A stretch of DNA of 64,000 nucleotides from Candidatus Babeliales bacterium (GTDB taxonomy: Bacteria > Babelota > Babeliae > Babelales > JANWKD01): NCBI GenBank assembly GCA_963762115.1, contig CAVXJH010000005.1:32001-96000 (forward strand), written 5' to 3'. Position 1 is the first letter of the stretch. Each line of letters begins with the position of its first letter. Made by a program: the position numbers and the translations under genes. Below, one piece after another: positions 19,022-29,926 of the stretch. The notes beneath the pieces were generated by a model, which made no database searches, had not been told where the DNA came from, and saw only the letters and a program-made list of their open reading frames with translations.

Positions 19022-19576
19022 TCAATTCAAAATACAACAACATTTTCTTTTTCTTTTTCTCAACAAGGCCATATCTTCTGAGTCTTGCAACATCGCTGTC
19101 ACACTTCCAACATTTTTGCTCAACTGCTCGTATTTTGCCAACCTCACTTCATCCGAATCGCGCTGCCCAAGTCTTTTGCCATTTTCTACAGGCATATATT
19201 TTCCTCCACACAAAGTGCCAATATTGTGTTCTTCATCTTTGCTCTCTAATCTAAGCTTAAATGCTTCATATGCAAGCTTTAACTGTCCTTCTGGAAATTG
19301 CATTACCACTCTTTTTTTTTGTATATCAAATTTTGCTATTAATTCCCCAGCACGCTTCACCTTAATCGTACCATCGACATATTCCTGTTGTTCTAAAATC
19401 TCTAATGCCTGTTTTTCTAAACCCCGCCAATGTTCAAAAAAAAGCGCATCATCAACATCAACGTTACTTAAAAACATTTTCTTTTTTTCTTCTTTTTCCA
19501 TGCCATACAAAGAGACAAAAATAAATGCATAGAACACACCATTACCAATCACAAAATAATTTTTAATCTTCATCAT
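19022..19576 (-). CDS. secreted protein with polybasic Cys-rich CaaX-like C-terminus
   Basis: Hydrophobic N-terminus; ends RKRKRKCCCILN. Confidence 0.8.
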   Translation of the reverse strand: MMKIKNYFVIGNGVFYAFIFVSLYGMEKEEKKKMFLSNVDVDDALFFEHWRGLEKQALEILEQQEYVDGTIKVKRAGELIAKFDIQKKRVVMQFPEGQLKLAYEAFKLRLESKDEEHNIGTLCGGKYMPVENGKRLGQRDSDEVRLAKYEQLSKNVGSVTAMLQDSEDMALLRKRKRKCCCILN

Positions 19577-19585
19577 TTCTCCTTA

Positions 19586-20041
19586 TTACCAACAAGAAAA
19601 ACAACAGCAACATTTTTTATGTTCCTTTTCTTCTTTATCAATAAAATGATCATTTTCTGTTGCATTGGAACCATCATCAATTTCATCTTCATCAATGGGC
19701 AAAGGTTCCTGCAATAATTCTTTGAACTTTTCATAAGGGTAAACACGTTCAATTCTTTTTTTTTCGTTTTTTGGATCAGGAATTTTAACTGATGCTTGTT
19801 GCCACAAACCATTAAAACTACCCACCGTTAGCTCTTCCTTATTATGCAAACTAACTGAATTTTTTGAAAGTAATGACTGTGCCATATATTCAGCAGCCTT
19901 TTCTTTTTTAGGAATCCATATTCTTTTAACCGCATCATCACATGCTTTTTGATAGGCATCAAAGTCATTCTCCATTGCATATGAAAAAGTAATTAAGCAC
20001 ATGAAGGCAAAAAAATAGATTATCTTTTTTTGTTTTTTCAT
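19586..20041 (-). CDS. secreted protein with Cys-cluster C-terminus
   Basis: Signal peptide; ends KEHKKCCCCFSCW. Confidence 0.8.
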   Translation of the reverse strand: MKKQKKIIYFFAFMCLITFSYAMENDFDAYQKACDDAVKRIWIPKKEKAAEYMAQSLLSKNSVSLHNKEELTVGSFNGLWQQASVKIPDPKNEKKRIERVYPYEKFKELLQEPLPIDEDEIDDGSNATENDHFIDKEEKEHKKCCCCFSCW

Positions 20042-20231
20042 GAGTATGACTCATGTAATAAAGACAACAAAACAACAATAGAAGCACAACTATTATCCAT
20101 AAAAATCTCCCCCTTATGAATCCCCGTTAAAACAGATTTTCTGTTTTTTCTATAAAACTCACTATAGTAAGTTTTATAAGTACAAAGAAAGGTTTTTATG
20201 CATTTTATACATGTTGTGCAAAGAATTTTTT

Positions 20232-21298
20232 TTAAGAAACGATAATATACCAACCATGCTGAAGGAGCGCTTTCACGCGCAAAAATTCTTGCTTAAATTC
20301 ATTATCGAGATGCGATAACCGAACATAAACATCATCACGTAAAATCCAAGGATCAATACCACGACTTTTAGAAGGCAACCACATATCATAGTGTGTTTCA
20401 TCTCCCAATGTCACTTTGAACGTATTTTTTAATCGATGCAATAAAAACTGTATAGTTTTATCTGATGAATTTGAAAGAATATGCCATACATCTTCATCAC
20501 AAGAAAAATGAATAACATGATCAGAAAGAAGACCTATTGATAAGCCATATTTTAACAGTTCTCCGGTATAACGATTAATTAAAAGATCATATGCTGAACC
20601 AAAATGAAATTCTGTTAAATGCAAGGGAATCATCGCCAATTTTTTTGCCAGAGCTACATCGGTGAAAAACCAACGACCATGCGCAAAATGCAAATCAGCA
20701 ACAATAGTTGAAATCTCTTCAGGTTGTAGTAAAAGATCAATCACCGCACCAAACATGTTATAATCTAAACGATCTGCACAAAGTTCCGGCAAATCTTGCT
20801 CTAAAGCCGTAAATTCAGCATTCTTGTGTAAAATATCGGTGATTAAAATGCCATGTTTTTTTAAAATTTCAGGAATTTCCGTTTGCTGCAAAAACCATTC
20901 ATGAATATCATCTTGATAAGAACCAGTCAATGAATGATGATTATACACAATCTCACCAGTATGCGAAAAAACCGTATGAGAAACATCATGCAGCAACCCT
21001 GCTATTTGTTCCAATAATGATGCATTTACCTTACGCAATAAGCATAAAACACCGATTGAATGATCATAACGAGTAAAACGTTTTTTGGTGCCAACAAAAA
21101 ATCTGCACCATATTGATTGATTTTTCTTAATCGTTGCACAGAATGAGATGATAGGAGATCCAATAGAACTGGTTCTGTTATGACAAAGGTGCCATAGATG
21201 GTGCAAAGAACCTGTGATGGCTGATAACAACGCTTGTCATCAACAGAATGCGCTTGATAAGAAACTGAATTTAAATCTATTTTTTTTGGTATAAACAT
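20232..21298 (-). pseudogene. HD-domain phosphohydrolase, frameshifted near 21096-21101
   Basis: N-terminal VQRLRKINQYG in one frame; TRYDHSIG...LLHDVSHTVFSH...CADRLDY in another; one base short in a 6-nt homopolymer. Confidence 0.8.
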
Positions 21299-21376
21299 TA
21301 TATCTTGTTTTTTCCTTCATTTTGCAAATATTTTTATTAAAAGTAAACAATTTTAATTACATAGGGAGTTTGATCA

Positions 21377-22031
21377 ATGAAATTATTTTTAGACACGGCA
21401 CATCTTGATGACATACGAGCCTGGGCATACATGATTGATGGTGTCACCACCAACCCCTCACATCTTGCAAAAGAAAATAATGATCCCAAAAAACAAGTAT
21501 TAGAAATTTGTTCTGTTATGCATAACAAAGATGTCAGCGTTGAAATCACCTACACAGAACCAACGGCAGTCTATCAACAGGCACTAGCCCTTTCAAAACT
21601 TGCACCTAACATTGTTGTTAAAGTTCCTTGTCATCACGATTATTATCCGGTGATTGCACAATTAGTGCGCGATGGCGTCAAAATCAATGTCACTTTAGTG
21701 TTCACCCTTGTGCAATCACTCTTTATGTGCAAATTCAGGAGTTAGGTATATTTCTCCTTTCATTGGCAGATGGGATGATATTGATATTGATGGCACCAAT
21801 CTTTTATTTGAAATTCGCAGCATGATTGATCAATATAATTATAACACACAAATTCTTGCTGCTTCAATTCGACACATTCGTCACTTACATGAAACAATTC
21901 TTGCTGGCGCTGATGTTGCAACAATACCAGCATCAGTTCTTGAAAAATCATCCAATCATATTTTAACAAAAGAAGGAATGGAACAATTCAACGCCGATTG
22001 GAATAAACTTGGCCATCCATCTTTCCCTTAA
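21377..22031 (+). pseudogene. transaldolase / fructose-6-phosphate aldolase family, frameshifted near 21736
   Basis: MKLFLDTA, DGVTTNPS, VVKVP, NVTLVF, then YISPFIGR and ILAASIR in a second frame. Confidence 0.85.
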
Positions 22032-22037
22032 ACCATT

Positions 22038-23227
22038 ATGAACAAAAAAATAGTATCAATATTATTTGTAACCAATAACTATACTCCTTATTCTGGTGGC
22101 GTTGTAAGTTCTATTTTTTTACATACAACAGCATTACGCAAACAAGGTCATACCGTCACTATTGCCACACTCGATTTTTTAAATACGCACCACCAACAAC
22201 AAGAGGAGCATGTCATACGTCTTTATTGTCCTATTCGCTGGATTATGAATACAAATCATATGGCAATCCCGTGGCAAGCAACCAAACAACTGGAACATCT
22301 TATAGCAACATTACAACCCACCATTATTCATGTTCACCATCCATTTTTACTCGGCACTGCTGCAAGCCGTGTCGCTCGCAAAAAAGAATACCTCTTGTGT
22401 TCACCTATCACACTCTTTATGAACAATATGTACATTACATACCCTATATTCCTCACCTCATTTCCAAACAAATGGTTACTCACCTAGTAAAAAAATTCTG
22501 TAACAACGTTGATGGTATCATCGCTCCAAGCAGCATTGTTGAAGAACAATTACAACAGTCACAGATTAAAACTAAAACAGCGCGGATACCCAGTGGCGTT
22601 GCAGAGCACTTTTTTTCTGCCATGCCGCGCTTGCCAAAACAACCATCAACAAAAATACAACTGCTCAGCGTCAGTCGATTTGCAAAAGAAAAAAATATTA
22701 CTTTTTTACTCGATGTTGTTGCCGCTCTTAACCCAACACAATTCAACACAACGTTTATTGGCTACGGTCCAGAAAAAAATAATTTAGAACGGTATGCCTT
22801 TCATCACAAAAAAATTTCTCCTCAAGCAGTTCAATTTATCGAAAGACCATCAAAAGAAATACTCTTACATGCTTATTATGCCGCCGATATTTTTATCTTT
22901 GCTTCAAAAAGTGAAACGCAAGGAATTGTTTTGGCCGAAGCTATGTCACAAGGAACACCTGTTGTTGCTGTGCATGGTCCTGGCCAACGTGATCTGATCG
23001 AACAAGGGAAAAATGGCTTTTTAGTGCACACTCAACAAGACATGCAAACGGTTCTTGAATATATACACGCAAATCCCACGCTGCTTGCCTCATTACAGCA
23101 CAATGCTTTTGCAACAGCACAGAACTTTAAACCGGAAATAGTTACGCAGAAATTAATCGACTTTTATTATGACGTTATTAATCATTATTCTACGAGCCCA
23201 AAAAGAAATTTTGAACTTATCTATTAG
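22038..23227 (+). pseudogene. GT4 glycosyltransferase, frameshifted at A6 22380-22385
   Basis: YTPYSGGV and IHVHHPFLLG, then VFTYHTLY and SKSETQGIVLAEAM in a second frame. Confidence 0.85.
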
Positions 23228-23299
23228 CATTAAATGAGAAAAATGATAGTATAAAACAGATAATAATTAATTTTATGTTCATAATTTCGAGGTGTAACA

Positions 23300-23641
23300 A
23301 TGATAGTAAGTTTGAGACATAAAACATCACCAATTCTTTTTATAATGATTTTTCTTTTAACAAATACAAACACATCATTATCACTTCATCGCAACCAATT
23401 TAAGAATCGTCGAAATTCATTAGAAATAATGCTACCCAAGATGCAACAAGAAGAATTTAATTCTCGATTACAAGAATTTACACAACAACAAAAAAATGCC
23501 TACCAACAAACTATAGCGCCTCAACCCAAACAAAAATCTTCTATTGAAGTAACGGTGTTACAACCGCAAAAGCAATTTACTCCAGAAATACTTGCATCAA
23601 TTAAAGAAGCAATCAGATTCTGCCCAACTAGAATCCGTTAA
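23300..23641 (+). CDS. signal-peptide ORF, probably the N-terminus of the downstream hydrolase
   Basis: GAGG RBS and signal peptide; overlaps the next ORF, which lacks a good start. Confidence 0.55.
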   Translation: MIVSLRHKTSPILFIMIFLLTNTNTSLSLHRNQFKNRRNSLEIMLPKMQQEEFNSRLQEFTQQQKNAYQQTIAPQPKQKSSIEVTVLQPQKQFTPEILASIKEAIRFCPTRIR

Positions 23642-25574
23642 AAAAAAATCTTATGCTGATATTCACAATATTCAACAGGGCAAAACAACTAAAAGTATTC
23701 TCTGTAGGCCTTTTGCTGAAGATCAATCAATATATAAACGAGGCAACGTTACAACGTCTGACAACTCTCCACAAAAGAATTCTCCTGAAAAGACAGCATC
23801 TTGTCATGATACTGCGCAAGAAACTGATGAACAAGAAAATGGCAAAGAAAAAGAACAATTTCATAATCTTCAATCTGAACCAATTGACATGACGGCTTCG
23901 ATATTCATTTATCCAATAGAAGTACAAAATGAACCTATAACTGAAATTGTACGAGAATTACCTGAAAAAAAACTTACCAACGATGAAGCAATGCCTTTTT
24001 TATTAACAAACATTACAACGCCTGAAAATTCCCCATTAAATGCTTATCCTGAAAACCTAACCAGCTATTGTGTTGCACGAGATAATGACTCACCAGAAAA
24101 AGGTAAAAGAAAACTTACTGACGATACAATAAATCATTCATCAAAGGATGGTGAAAAAGAAACAGAAGAAAAAAATAATGATAATGAAATTAAGTCATAT
24201 GAAGATTTCTCTTTATGCATAGAAGATTCTTTACAGCCAGATGAACAATTAAGCGCATTATGGCCAGATGAACAAGTAAGCGCATTAGAAAACACTAGCC
24301 CCTGTGGAATAATTGCTGCACAAGAAATTCGTAGCCGCAAAAAATTAGATGTATTAAATATGCATGAAAACCCTCAAGCATCTTATCAAAACTACTTAGC
24401 AACAATACTATTAGGTAAATCTAATACCTTTAAACTTTCAGATTTGTATGAACAAATCAGCCAAAGGGATCAAAAAGACACTTCAGATATTAATGACCAT
24501 GACAAAGAAGAATGGGTTACTCTAAGCAACCTACCAAATCCTAAATTTAAAGAATATGAGTGGAAACCAAAAATAATTAATACTGACAAGAAAGAAAATG
24601 GCATTATCATTTTTTTTCTTATTCATGGAACCTTTAATGATTCAACTGAATATTGTAAAGATAAAGATGCAAAAATGAGCAAGGATTTAATTAATTTCAG
24701 CAGCATGCTTGCTGATACAAATGATTGCGCAGTCAAAATTATTCCTTTTCAATGGTCCGGAGAATTAAGTGTTGAAACTAGAGAAGAGGCCGCTTCAGTG
24801 CTACAACGTTATTTTCTCAGTGATGAAGACTGCATGAATGCACATAAAACAATAGCTTTTAGTCATAGCTATGGCGGTGATGTTCTTTTACAATTTGCAA
24901 ACTTACTCAAACCTCATAATAAAACATTAGATTTAGCTGTTATGGCCGCAACACCATCGGGTGAAGGGACTAAGAAAGAAACAGTTAAAAAACATGCAAG
25001 AATATTAGAATATACCGACCCTGAAGAGTGCTTCAATATTAAAAACATTATTCAATGTTTTTCGCGAGGTGATGTAACGCAAGCTTTAGGATCTCGGCAT
25101 ATGACCGTGGGTATATTTAATCCTCTTGGGACCGCTGAAAGAAGATTGCCTTTTCGCATAAGCAAAGACAGAAATGTCGTAAATTGCCATTTTGAGCATA
25201 ATGGAGAACTTTGTTCACACGTAAGCATCAAATGGCATGCTGCTGCATCAATGCATCTTTTTCTTCCTATGCTCCAAAACCTTTATCCTCATGCGCATGA
25301 TCTGAATATTTCCACCTGTGATGATAACAGGTTACACTTACCAATTATAACCCTCAGAAATAATATTTTCTCACCTGGCTGTGAAACAACAAACCGTCGT
25401 TCATTTCAAGCAAGCATCCTTGGAGAAGAAATGTTTGAAAAACTCTACGAAAGATCGATAGGAACTTATAATACATTGACATTATTTAAATTATTTAAAG
25501 AAGGAACGGACGCAGGATATGATCCCAAAAATCAAGGCCGTGAAGACTTAGCTAAACTATTTGAAAAAAACTAA
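23592..25574 (+). CDS. alpha/beta-hydrolase-fold protein with long low-complexity N-terminal region
   Basis: FLIHGTF, FQWSGEL, FSHSYGG nucleophile elbow; short tandem duplication at 24236-24287. Confidence 0.7.
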   Translation: MHQLKKQSDSAQLESVKKKSYADIHNIQQGKTTKSILCRPFAEDQSIYKRGNVTTSDNSPQKNSPEKTASCHDTAQETDEQENGKEKEQFHNLQSEPIDMTASIFIYPIEVQNEPITEIVRELPEKKLTNDEAMPFLLTNITTPENSPLNAYPENLTSYCVARDNDSPEKGKRKLTDDTINHSSKDGEKETEEKNNDNEIKSYEDFSLCIEDSLQPDEQLSALWPDEQVSALENTSPCGIIAAQEIRSRKKLDVLNMHENPQASYQNYLATILLGKSNTFKLSDLYEQISQRDQKDTSDINDHDKEEWVTLSNLPNPKFKEYEWKPKIINTDKKENGIIIFFLIHGTFNDSTEYCKDKDAKMSKDLINFSSMLADTNDCAVKIIPFQWSGELSVETREEAASVLQRYFLSDEDCMNAHKTIAFSHSYGGDVLLQFANLLKPHNKTLDLAVMAATPSGEGTKKETVKKHARILEYTDPEECFNIKNIIQCFSRGDVTQALGSRHMTVGIFNPLGTAERRLPFRISKDRNVVNCHFEHNGELCSHVSIKWHAAASMHLFLPMLQNLYPHAHDLNISTCDDNRLHLPIITLRNNIFSPGCETTNRRSFQASILGEEMFEKLYERSIGTYNTLTLFKLFKEGTDAGYDPKNQGREDLAKLFEKN

Positions 25575-25577
25575 AGA

Positions 25578-25607
25578 GTTGGGCCGTAGAATATTCTACG
25601 GCCCAAC
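25578..25607. terminator. perfect 30-bp palindrome between convergent genes
   Basis: GTTGGGCCGTAGAAT|ATTCTACGGCCCAAC. Confidence 0.8.
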
Positions 25608-25627
25608 ATTAAAAAATCTCGTTTATG

Positions 25628-26389
25628 TTACTCTTGTGGAATACCATCCAAGTGGATTTGTATTTTTTGAATCTGATTTTCTAAATCTTGAATTTGATCA
25701 GCGCTAGCAGTGCCACTCGCTTCTAAATCTGCTAATTGCGCACTTAAATCATCTAATCGTGTCGTTAACATGTCATAAATTTCATCCCAATTTCCATCTT
25801 GTTGCAACACAACTAATGAATCATCAAATCCTAAACCATAACCATAGTAAGGATAATAACCACCCCAATATTGATTAATAGCAAGGGCTGATAATATTCC
25901 TAAGCCAAGCCACAAGCCACCAAAGCCCCAGCCCCAGCCGCCTCCCCAGCCACCGCCACGGAATGCACCATGACGACCTGCAATACCACGACCGCCATGA
26001 CGTCCACGACCTGCACCGCCACGTCCACGACCTGCATGTCTACCAGCACCGCCACGCCCACGAGCTCCAGCCCTAGTTCCTGCTCTACCTCTAGCGCCTG
26101 TTCTTGTACCCGCTCTTCGAGTTCCTGTCGCTCTTGTTCCCGCTCTTCGAGTTCCTGCTGCTCTAGTTCCAGCTCTTCGGGTTCCTGCGGCTCTTGTACC
26201 TGCACGGCGAGTTCCTGCTGCTCTAGTTCCACCAGCGCGACGGGCACCACCAGCTCTCATGCCACCGCCACGCATGCCACCACCACGCATGCCACCTCCG
26301 CGTCCGCCGCCGCCGCCACCACCACCTCTTCCATCAAGCTGTGGAATCACCAACAGCACCATAAGAATCGATAAAACTATTTTTTTCAT
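25628..26389 (-). CDS. secreted Gly/Arg-rich repeat protein
   Basis: Signal peptide, MRGGG and RAAGTRRAGT repeats, hydrophobic segment, acidic coiled-coil end; AGGGG RBS. Confidence 0.8.
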   Translation of the reverse strand: MKKIVLSILMVLLVIPQLDGRGGGGGGGGRGGGMRGGGMRGGGMRAGGARRAGGTRAAGTRRAGTRAAGTRRAGTRAAGTRRAGTRATGTRRAGTRTGARGRAGTRAGARGRGGAGRHAGRGRGGAGRGRHGGRGIAGRHGAFRGGGWGGGWGWGFGGLWLGLGILSALAINQYWGGYYPYYGYGLGFDDSLVVLQQDGNWDEIYDMLTTRLDDLSAQLADLEASGTASADQIQDLENQIQKIQIHLDGIPQE

Positions 26390-26552
26390 ACTATTCCCCT
26401 TTATCGTTAAAAAATAACAACACTTATATTTTAATTTTTTTATAGTATAAAAATCAACAATTCATTTCAAGATGTAATTAAATCGCCACACTTTGCCTCG
26501 TATAATACTAGAAATTTCAAAGAAGTATTTATTATTATGAAATAAAAAAAGG

Positions 26553-26906
26553 ATGACTCTCATGAAAAATCTGTTATTCATATTCATAAGCTGCTTACTG
26601 TTTACTATTCGCCTTAAAACAATGTCAGACAGAATTGAATTCATAACACCGTCATATAATGACTGCCATGAGAAACATTATATGCAATACAATTCAAAAG
26701 AATTCATTGATCTATTACTGTCATTACAAAAGCCATGCAATGAATCTAAAGAAAGTGCCAGATTAGGGGTTTTAGTAGATCGTTATATTGAATACCAAAT
26801 AATCAAACTAGACATTGAGCATCAACTTGCAACCCTACAAGCCGAACGACATATTCTTTCAATCCGAGAACGATTTAAACGATATCAAACCAAGCAAAAC
26901 CTCTAA
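26553..26906 (+). CDS. hypothetical exported protein
   Basis: Hydrophobic N-terminus, 117-aa ORF. Confidence 0.55.
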   Translation: MTLMKNLLFIFISCLLFTIRLKTMSDRIEFITPSYNDCHEKHYMQYNSKEFIDLLLSLQKPCNESKESARLGVLVDRYIEYQIIKLDIEHQLATLQAERHILSIRERFKRYQTKQNL

Positions 26907-26971
26907 AACACCAAAGGTTTTAATAATTTTTTTATATTTTCAAAATGAAAAAAAAGTGTTATAATAACAGT

Positions 26972-28930
26972 ATGAAAAAACTTTTTAAACTACATTCACC
27001 CTTCATTCCCGCAGGAAGTCAACCTGAAGCTATCAAAAAATTAACAGAAGGAAGACCTGGCATATCAACCCTCCTTGGGGTGACTGGCTCTGGAAAAACG
27101 TTCACCATGGCAAATATAATTGCCAATCAGAATAAACCGGTGCTTATTTTGTCGCCCAACAAGACATTGGCTGCACAGTTATATGAAGAATTCTCCCTAT
27201 TTTTCCCTGAAAATAAGGTTTGTTATTTTGTCAGCTATTATGATTATTATCAACCTGAATCATATATGCCTGCTCAAGATATTTATATTCCAAAAGAAAC
27301 CAAGGTAAATAGTGAAATTGAGCGGTTGCGTGTCGAATCGACAGCATCCCTTATTAATAGAAAAGATACCATTGTAATCGCCTCTGTTTCGTGCATTTAT
27401 TCCCTGGGTAATCCTGATGATTACCGCAATTTAGCATTTGCTCTTACGGTAGGCCAAACAATTAAACGGGTCGATTTAATTAACCAACTTATTTTTATAC
27501 AATACAGAAGAAATGATGTTCAAAGAGACTCGGGGACCTTTGCAGTGATTGGCAACACCATTGAAATCAATTTACCCTATCAAAAAGAAAAATTAAGAAT
27601 TGAACTCTTTGGCGACACTATTGAAAACCTTCAATGGATTGATAAACAAAATAATAATGTGGTCATGAATCTTGATAATACACTGATTTTCCCTGCCAAA
27701 CATTTTGTAACAACACAAGAAAAAAAAGATGCTGCCGTAGAAAGTATCACCAATGAAGTTGAAGCATGGGCACCACAATTACCAAATCCGTTATATCAAG
27801 AACGTATAAAACAGCGCGTTGCACATGATCTTGAAATGCTTCAAGAGGTTGGCTATTGTTCAGGCATTGAAAACTATTCACGTCATTTTGATGGTAGACT
27901 TCCTGGCACAAAACCAGCAAGTTTATTCGATTTTTTTGATAATGACTTCTTACTTTTTATCGATGAATCACATATAGCAATTCCCCAATTAAAAGGAATG
28001 TATGCTGGCGATAGAGCACGCAAAAAAGCATTAATCGAATTTGGATTCAGATTACCTTCAGCCTATGATAATCGCCCCCTACAATTTCATGAAATCGAAA
28101 GCTATTTTAAGGATACCATTTTTGTTTCGGCAACGCCGTCTGAATATGAACTTGAAAAATCAGATCTTATTGTTGAACAAATTATTCGCCCAACAGGGTT
28201 ATTAGATCCGATCTTGGAAACTCATCCGCGCACCAATCAAATGAACCATCTCATTGAACAAATTACCGCAACAACAAAACAAGGTTACCGTTCATTAGTT
28301 ATGGTGCTCACCAAAAAATTAGCAGAAGAATTAGCGCTCTACCTTGAAGAAAAGAAAATTAAAGTTTGTTATTTGCACAGCGAAATTAAAACACCACAAC
28401 GCAGTGAACTCCTACACAAATTACGTGCTGGCGTTTTTGATTGCTTAGTTGGTGTTAACTTACTGCGCGAGGGAATTGATCTTCCAGAGGTTGCCCTTGT
28501 TGCGATTATGGATGCAGATATTGAAAGTTTTTTACGCGATAAACGTTCGTTAATCCAGATTATTGGACGAGCAGCGCGTAATGCTGAATCTCGTGTGTTG
28601 TTATATGGTGATAAAATGACAAAATCATTAAAAGATGCCATGAATGAAACGCAACGCAGACGCACCATGCAAGAAGCATATAATACCGAACATGGCATTA
28701 GTCCCATAAGTGTGAAACGAGAAGTTACCAAAACAATCTCAAACTTCCAAGCGGCTATTGCCTTGGCAGCCAAAAAACGTTCTCCTAAAAAAGAGACGAC
28801 AGAAAAAATATCAATTAATGATCGTATTCAAGAACTTGAAGAAGCAATGGTTAAAGCAGCTGAAGGATTCGATTTTGAAACAGCAATTGCTTTACGAGAA
28901 GAATGGTTTGCCTTAAAAAAAGACAAATAA
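26972..28930 (+). CDS. uvrB: excinuclease ABC subunit B
   Basis: LLGVTGSGKTFT, FVSYYDYYQPE, DESH, GFRLPSAYDNRPL, C-terminal UVR domain. Confidence 0.98.
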   Translation: MKKLFKLHSPFIPAGSQPEAIKKLTEGRPGISTLLGVTGSGKTFTMANIIANQNKPVLILSPNKTLAAQLYEEFSLFFPENKVCYFVSYYDYYQPESYMPAQDIYIPKETKVNSEIERLRVESTASLINRKDTIVIASVSCIYSLGNPDDYRNLAFALTVGQTIKRVDLINQLIFIQYRRNDVQRDSGTFAVIGNTIEINLPYQKEKLRIELFGDTIENLQWIDKQNNNVVMNLDNTLIFPAKHFVTTQEKKDAAVESITNEVEAWAPQLPNPLYQERIKQRVAHDLEMLQEVGYCSGIENYSRHFDGRLPGTKPASLFDFFDNDFLLFIDESHIAIPQLKGMYAGDRARKKALIEFGFRLPSAYDNRPLQFHEIESYFKDTIFVSATPSEYELEKSDLIVEQIIRPTGLLDPILETHPRTNQMNHLIEQITATTKQGYRSLVMVLTKKLAEELALYLEEKKIKVCYLHSEIKTPQRSELLHKLRAGVFDCLVGVNLLREGIDLPEVALVAIMDADIESFLRDKRSLIQIIGRAARNAESRVLLYGDKMTKSLKDAMNETQRRRTMQEAYNTEHGISPISVKREVTKTISNFQAAIALAAKKRSPKKETTEKISINDRIQELEEAMVKAAEGFDFETAIALREEWFALKKDK

Positions 28931-29027
28931 TTTAAACCATGAGTCAACAGGCACCTCTTGTCATATTAATCATTTTGAGCTATTCTAAGAGAAATAAATA
29001 TAATTATATTAATTATTAAAACAGAAG

Positions 29028-29405
29028 GTGGTCATTATGAAAAAATTACATTATGCATTAGTTATTACAGGAATTTTTTTTCTTGTTTTTTCTCATTCTC
29101 AACTCTTTTGCGTATACGATGATACAGTAGCAGGCAGAGCCGATGCTAGAGCCAAACGAGCACCATTAAACATACCGAAAAATAACACCTTATTTTCACA
29201 AGGCTTTTGGCATGGTTTTATGCCATTTAGATTACTCAGCCCTAGTTCATTCAATGATTTTTACCGTGAAACATTTGGATCAACTAATGGTGACAAAAGT
29301 TACTTAAAAGGATTTGGCGCTGGTCTTGGCAGTGGCCTTGTAACAGTGACTGCAACAACATTAGGCGGCATTTATCTTTACAAAAAATTTGTAGAAAAAA
29401 ATTAA
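29028..29405 (+). CDS. hypothetical exported/membrane protein
   Basis: Signal peptide and Gly-rich C-terminal hydrophobic segment. Confidence 0.65.
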   Translation: MVIMKKLHYALVITGIFFLVFSHSQLFCVYDDTVAGRADARAKRAPLNIPKNNTLFSQGFWHGFMPFRLLSPSSFNDFYRETFGSTNGDKSYLKGFGAGLGSGLVTVTATTLGGIYLYKKFVEKN

Positions 29406-29447
29406 AAATATAAGAAATTTTATTAAAGATTCAAATACAAGAAAAAA

Positions 29448-29792
29448 CTATATTTTTTCTTGTATTTGAACAAGTTCTAAATTCAAAAAATACGTTAATA
29501 CCGTTCTAATTACCACCAATGCACCCAATATACCAATTTGATAAAAATCTGGATTAGCTATTGTTTTGATGATATCTGCTGCAAGCATAAATTCAACGGC
29601 CAAAACAATACTCTTTCCCAGGGTAAGGCGCATTTGATCATTACTCATTATCGGCATCATACCCAGGATGCCCGTCATATAGCGCCCAATACACCATAAT
29701 GCTCCAGAAGTAATAATAATTACCCCTACAACATCCAAAAATTCAATAAGAAATACAATACCCAAATTTGAAATTATGCTCACCATACTCAC
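29448..29792 (-). CDS. DUF1622-family membrane protein
   Basis: RLTLGKSIVLAVEFMLAADIIKT...LGALVVIRTVLTYFL. Confidence 0.9.
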   Translation of the reverse strand: MSMVSIISNLGIVFLIEFLDVVGVIIITSGALWCIGRYMTGILGMMPIMSNDQMRLTLGKSIVLAVEFMLAADIIKTIANPDFYQIGILGALVVIRTVLTYFLNLELVQIQEKI

Positions 29793-29926
29793 TCCCTTCT
29801 TTTATGTTACAATAACGATTATTCAAAAGAAAAAGCAATATATTCAAAATACTATCTTATTTTTTATAATATAATAATTTGTATACTATCATTACATTTT
29901 ACTCACTTAATACATAGGATATTTTT

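Noticed and set aside
18987..19532. 181-aa plus-strand ORF
   Set aside because: Antisense shadow of the secreted gene at 19022-19576
20232..23641. Alternative genetic code or stop read-through explaining split genes
   Set aside because: The breaks are frame changes, not in-frame stops; all other genes translate normally
26095..26245. ~30-bp tandem repeats as a CRISPR array
   Set aside because: No unique spacers, variation is at third codon positions, and no cas genes are present
25900..26374. Ser/Cys/Thr-rich and Glu/Leu-repeat ORFs
   Set aside because: Antisense and alternate-frame shadows of the Gly/Arg repeat gene, which has the RBS and signal peptide
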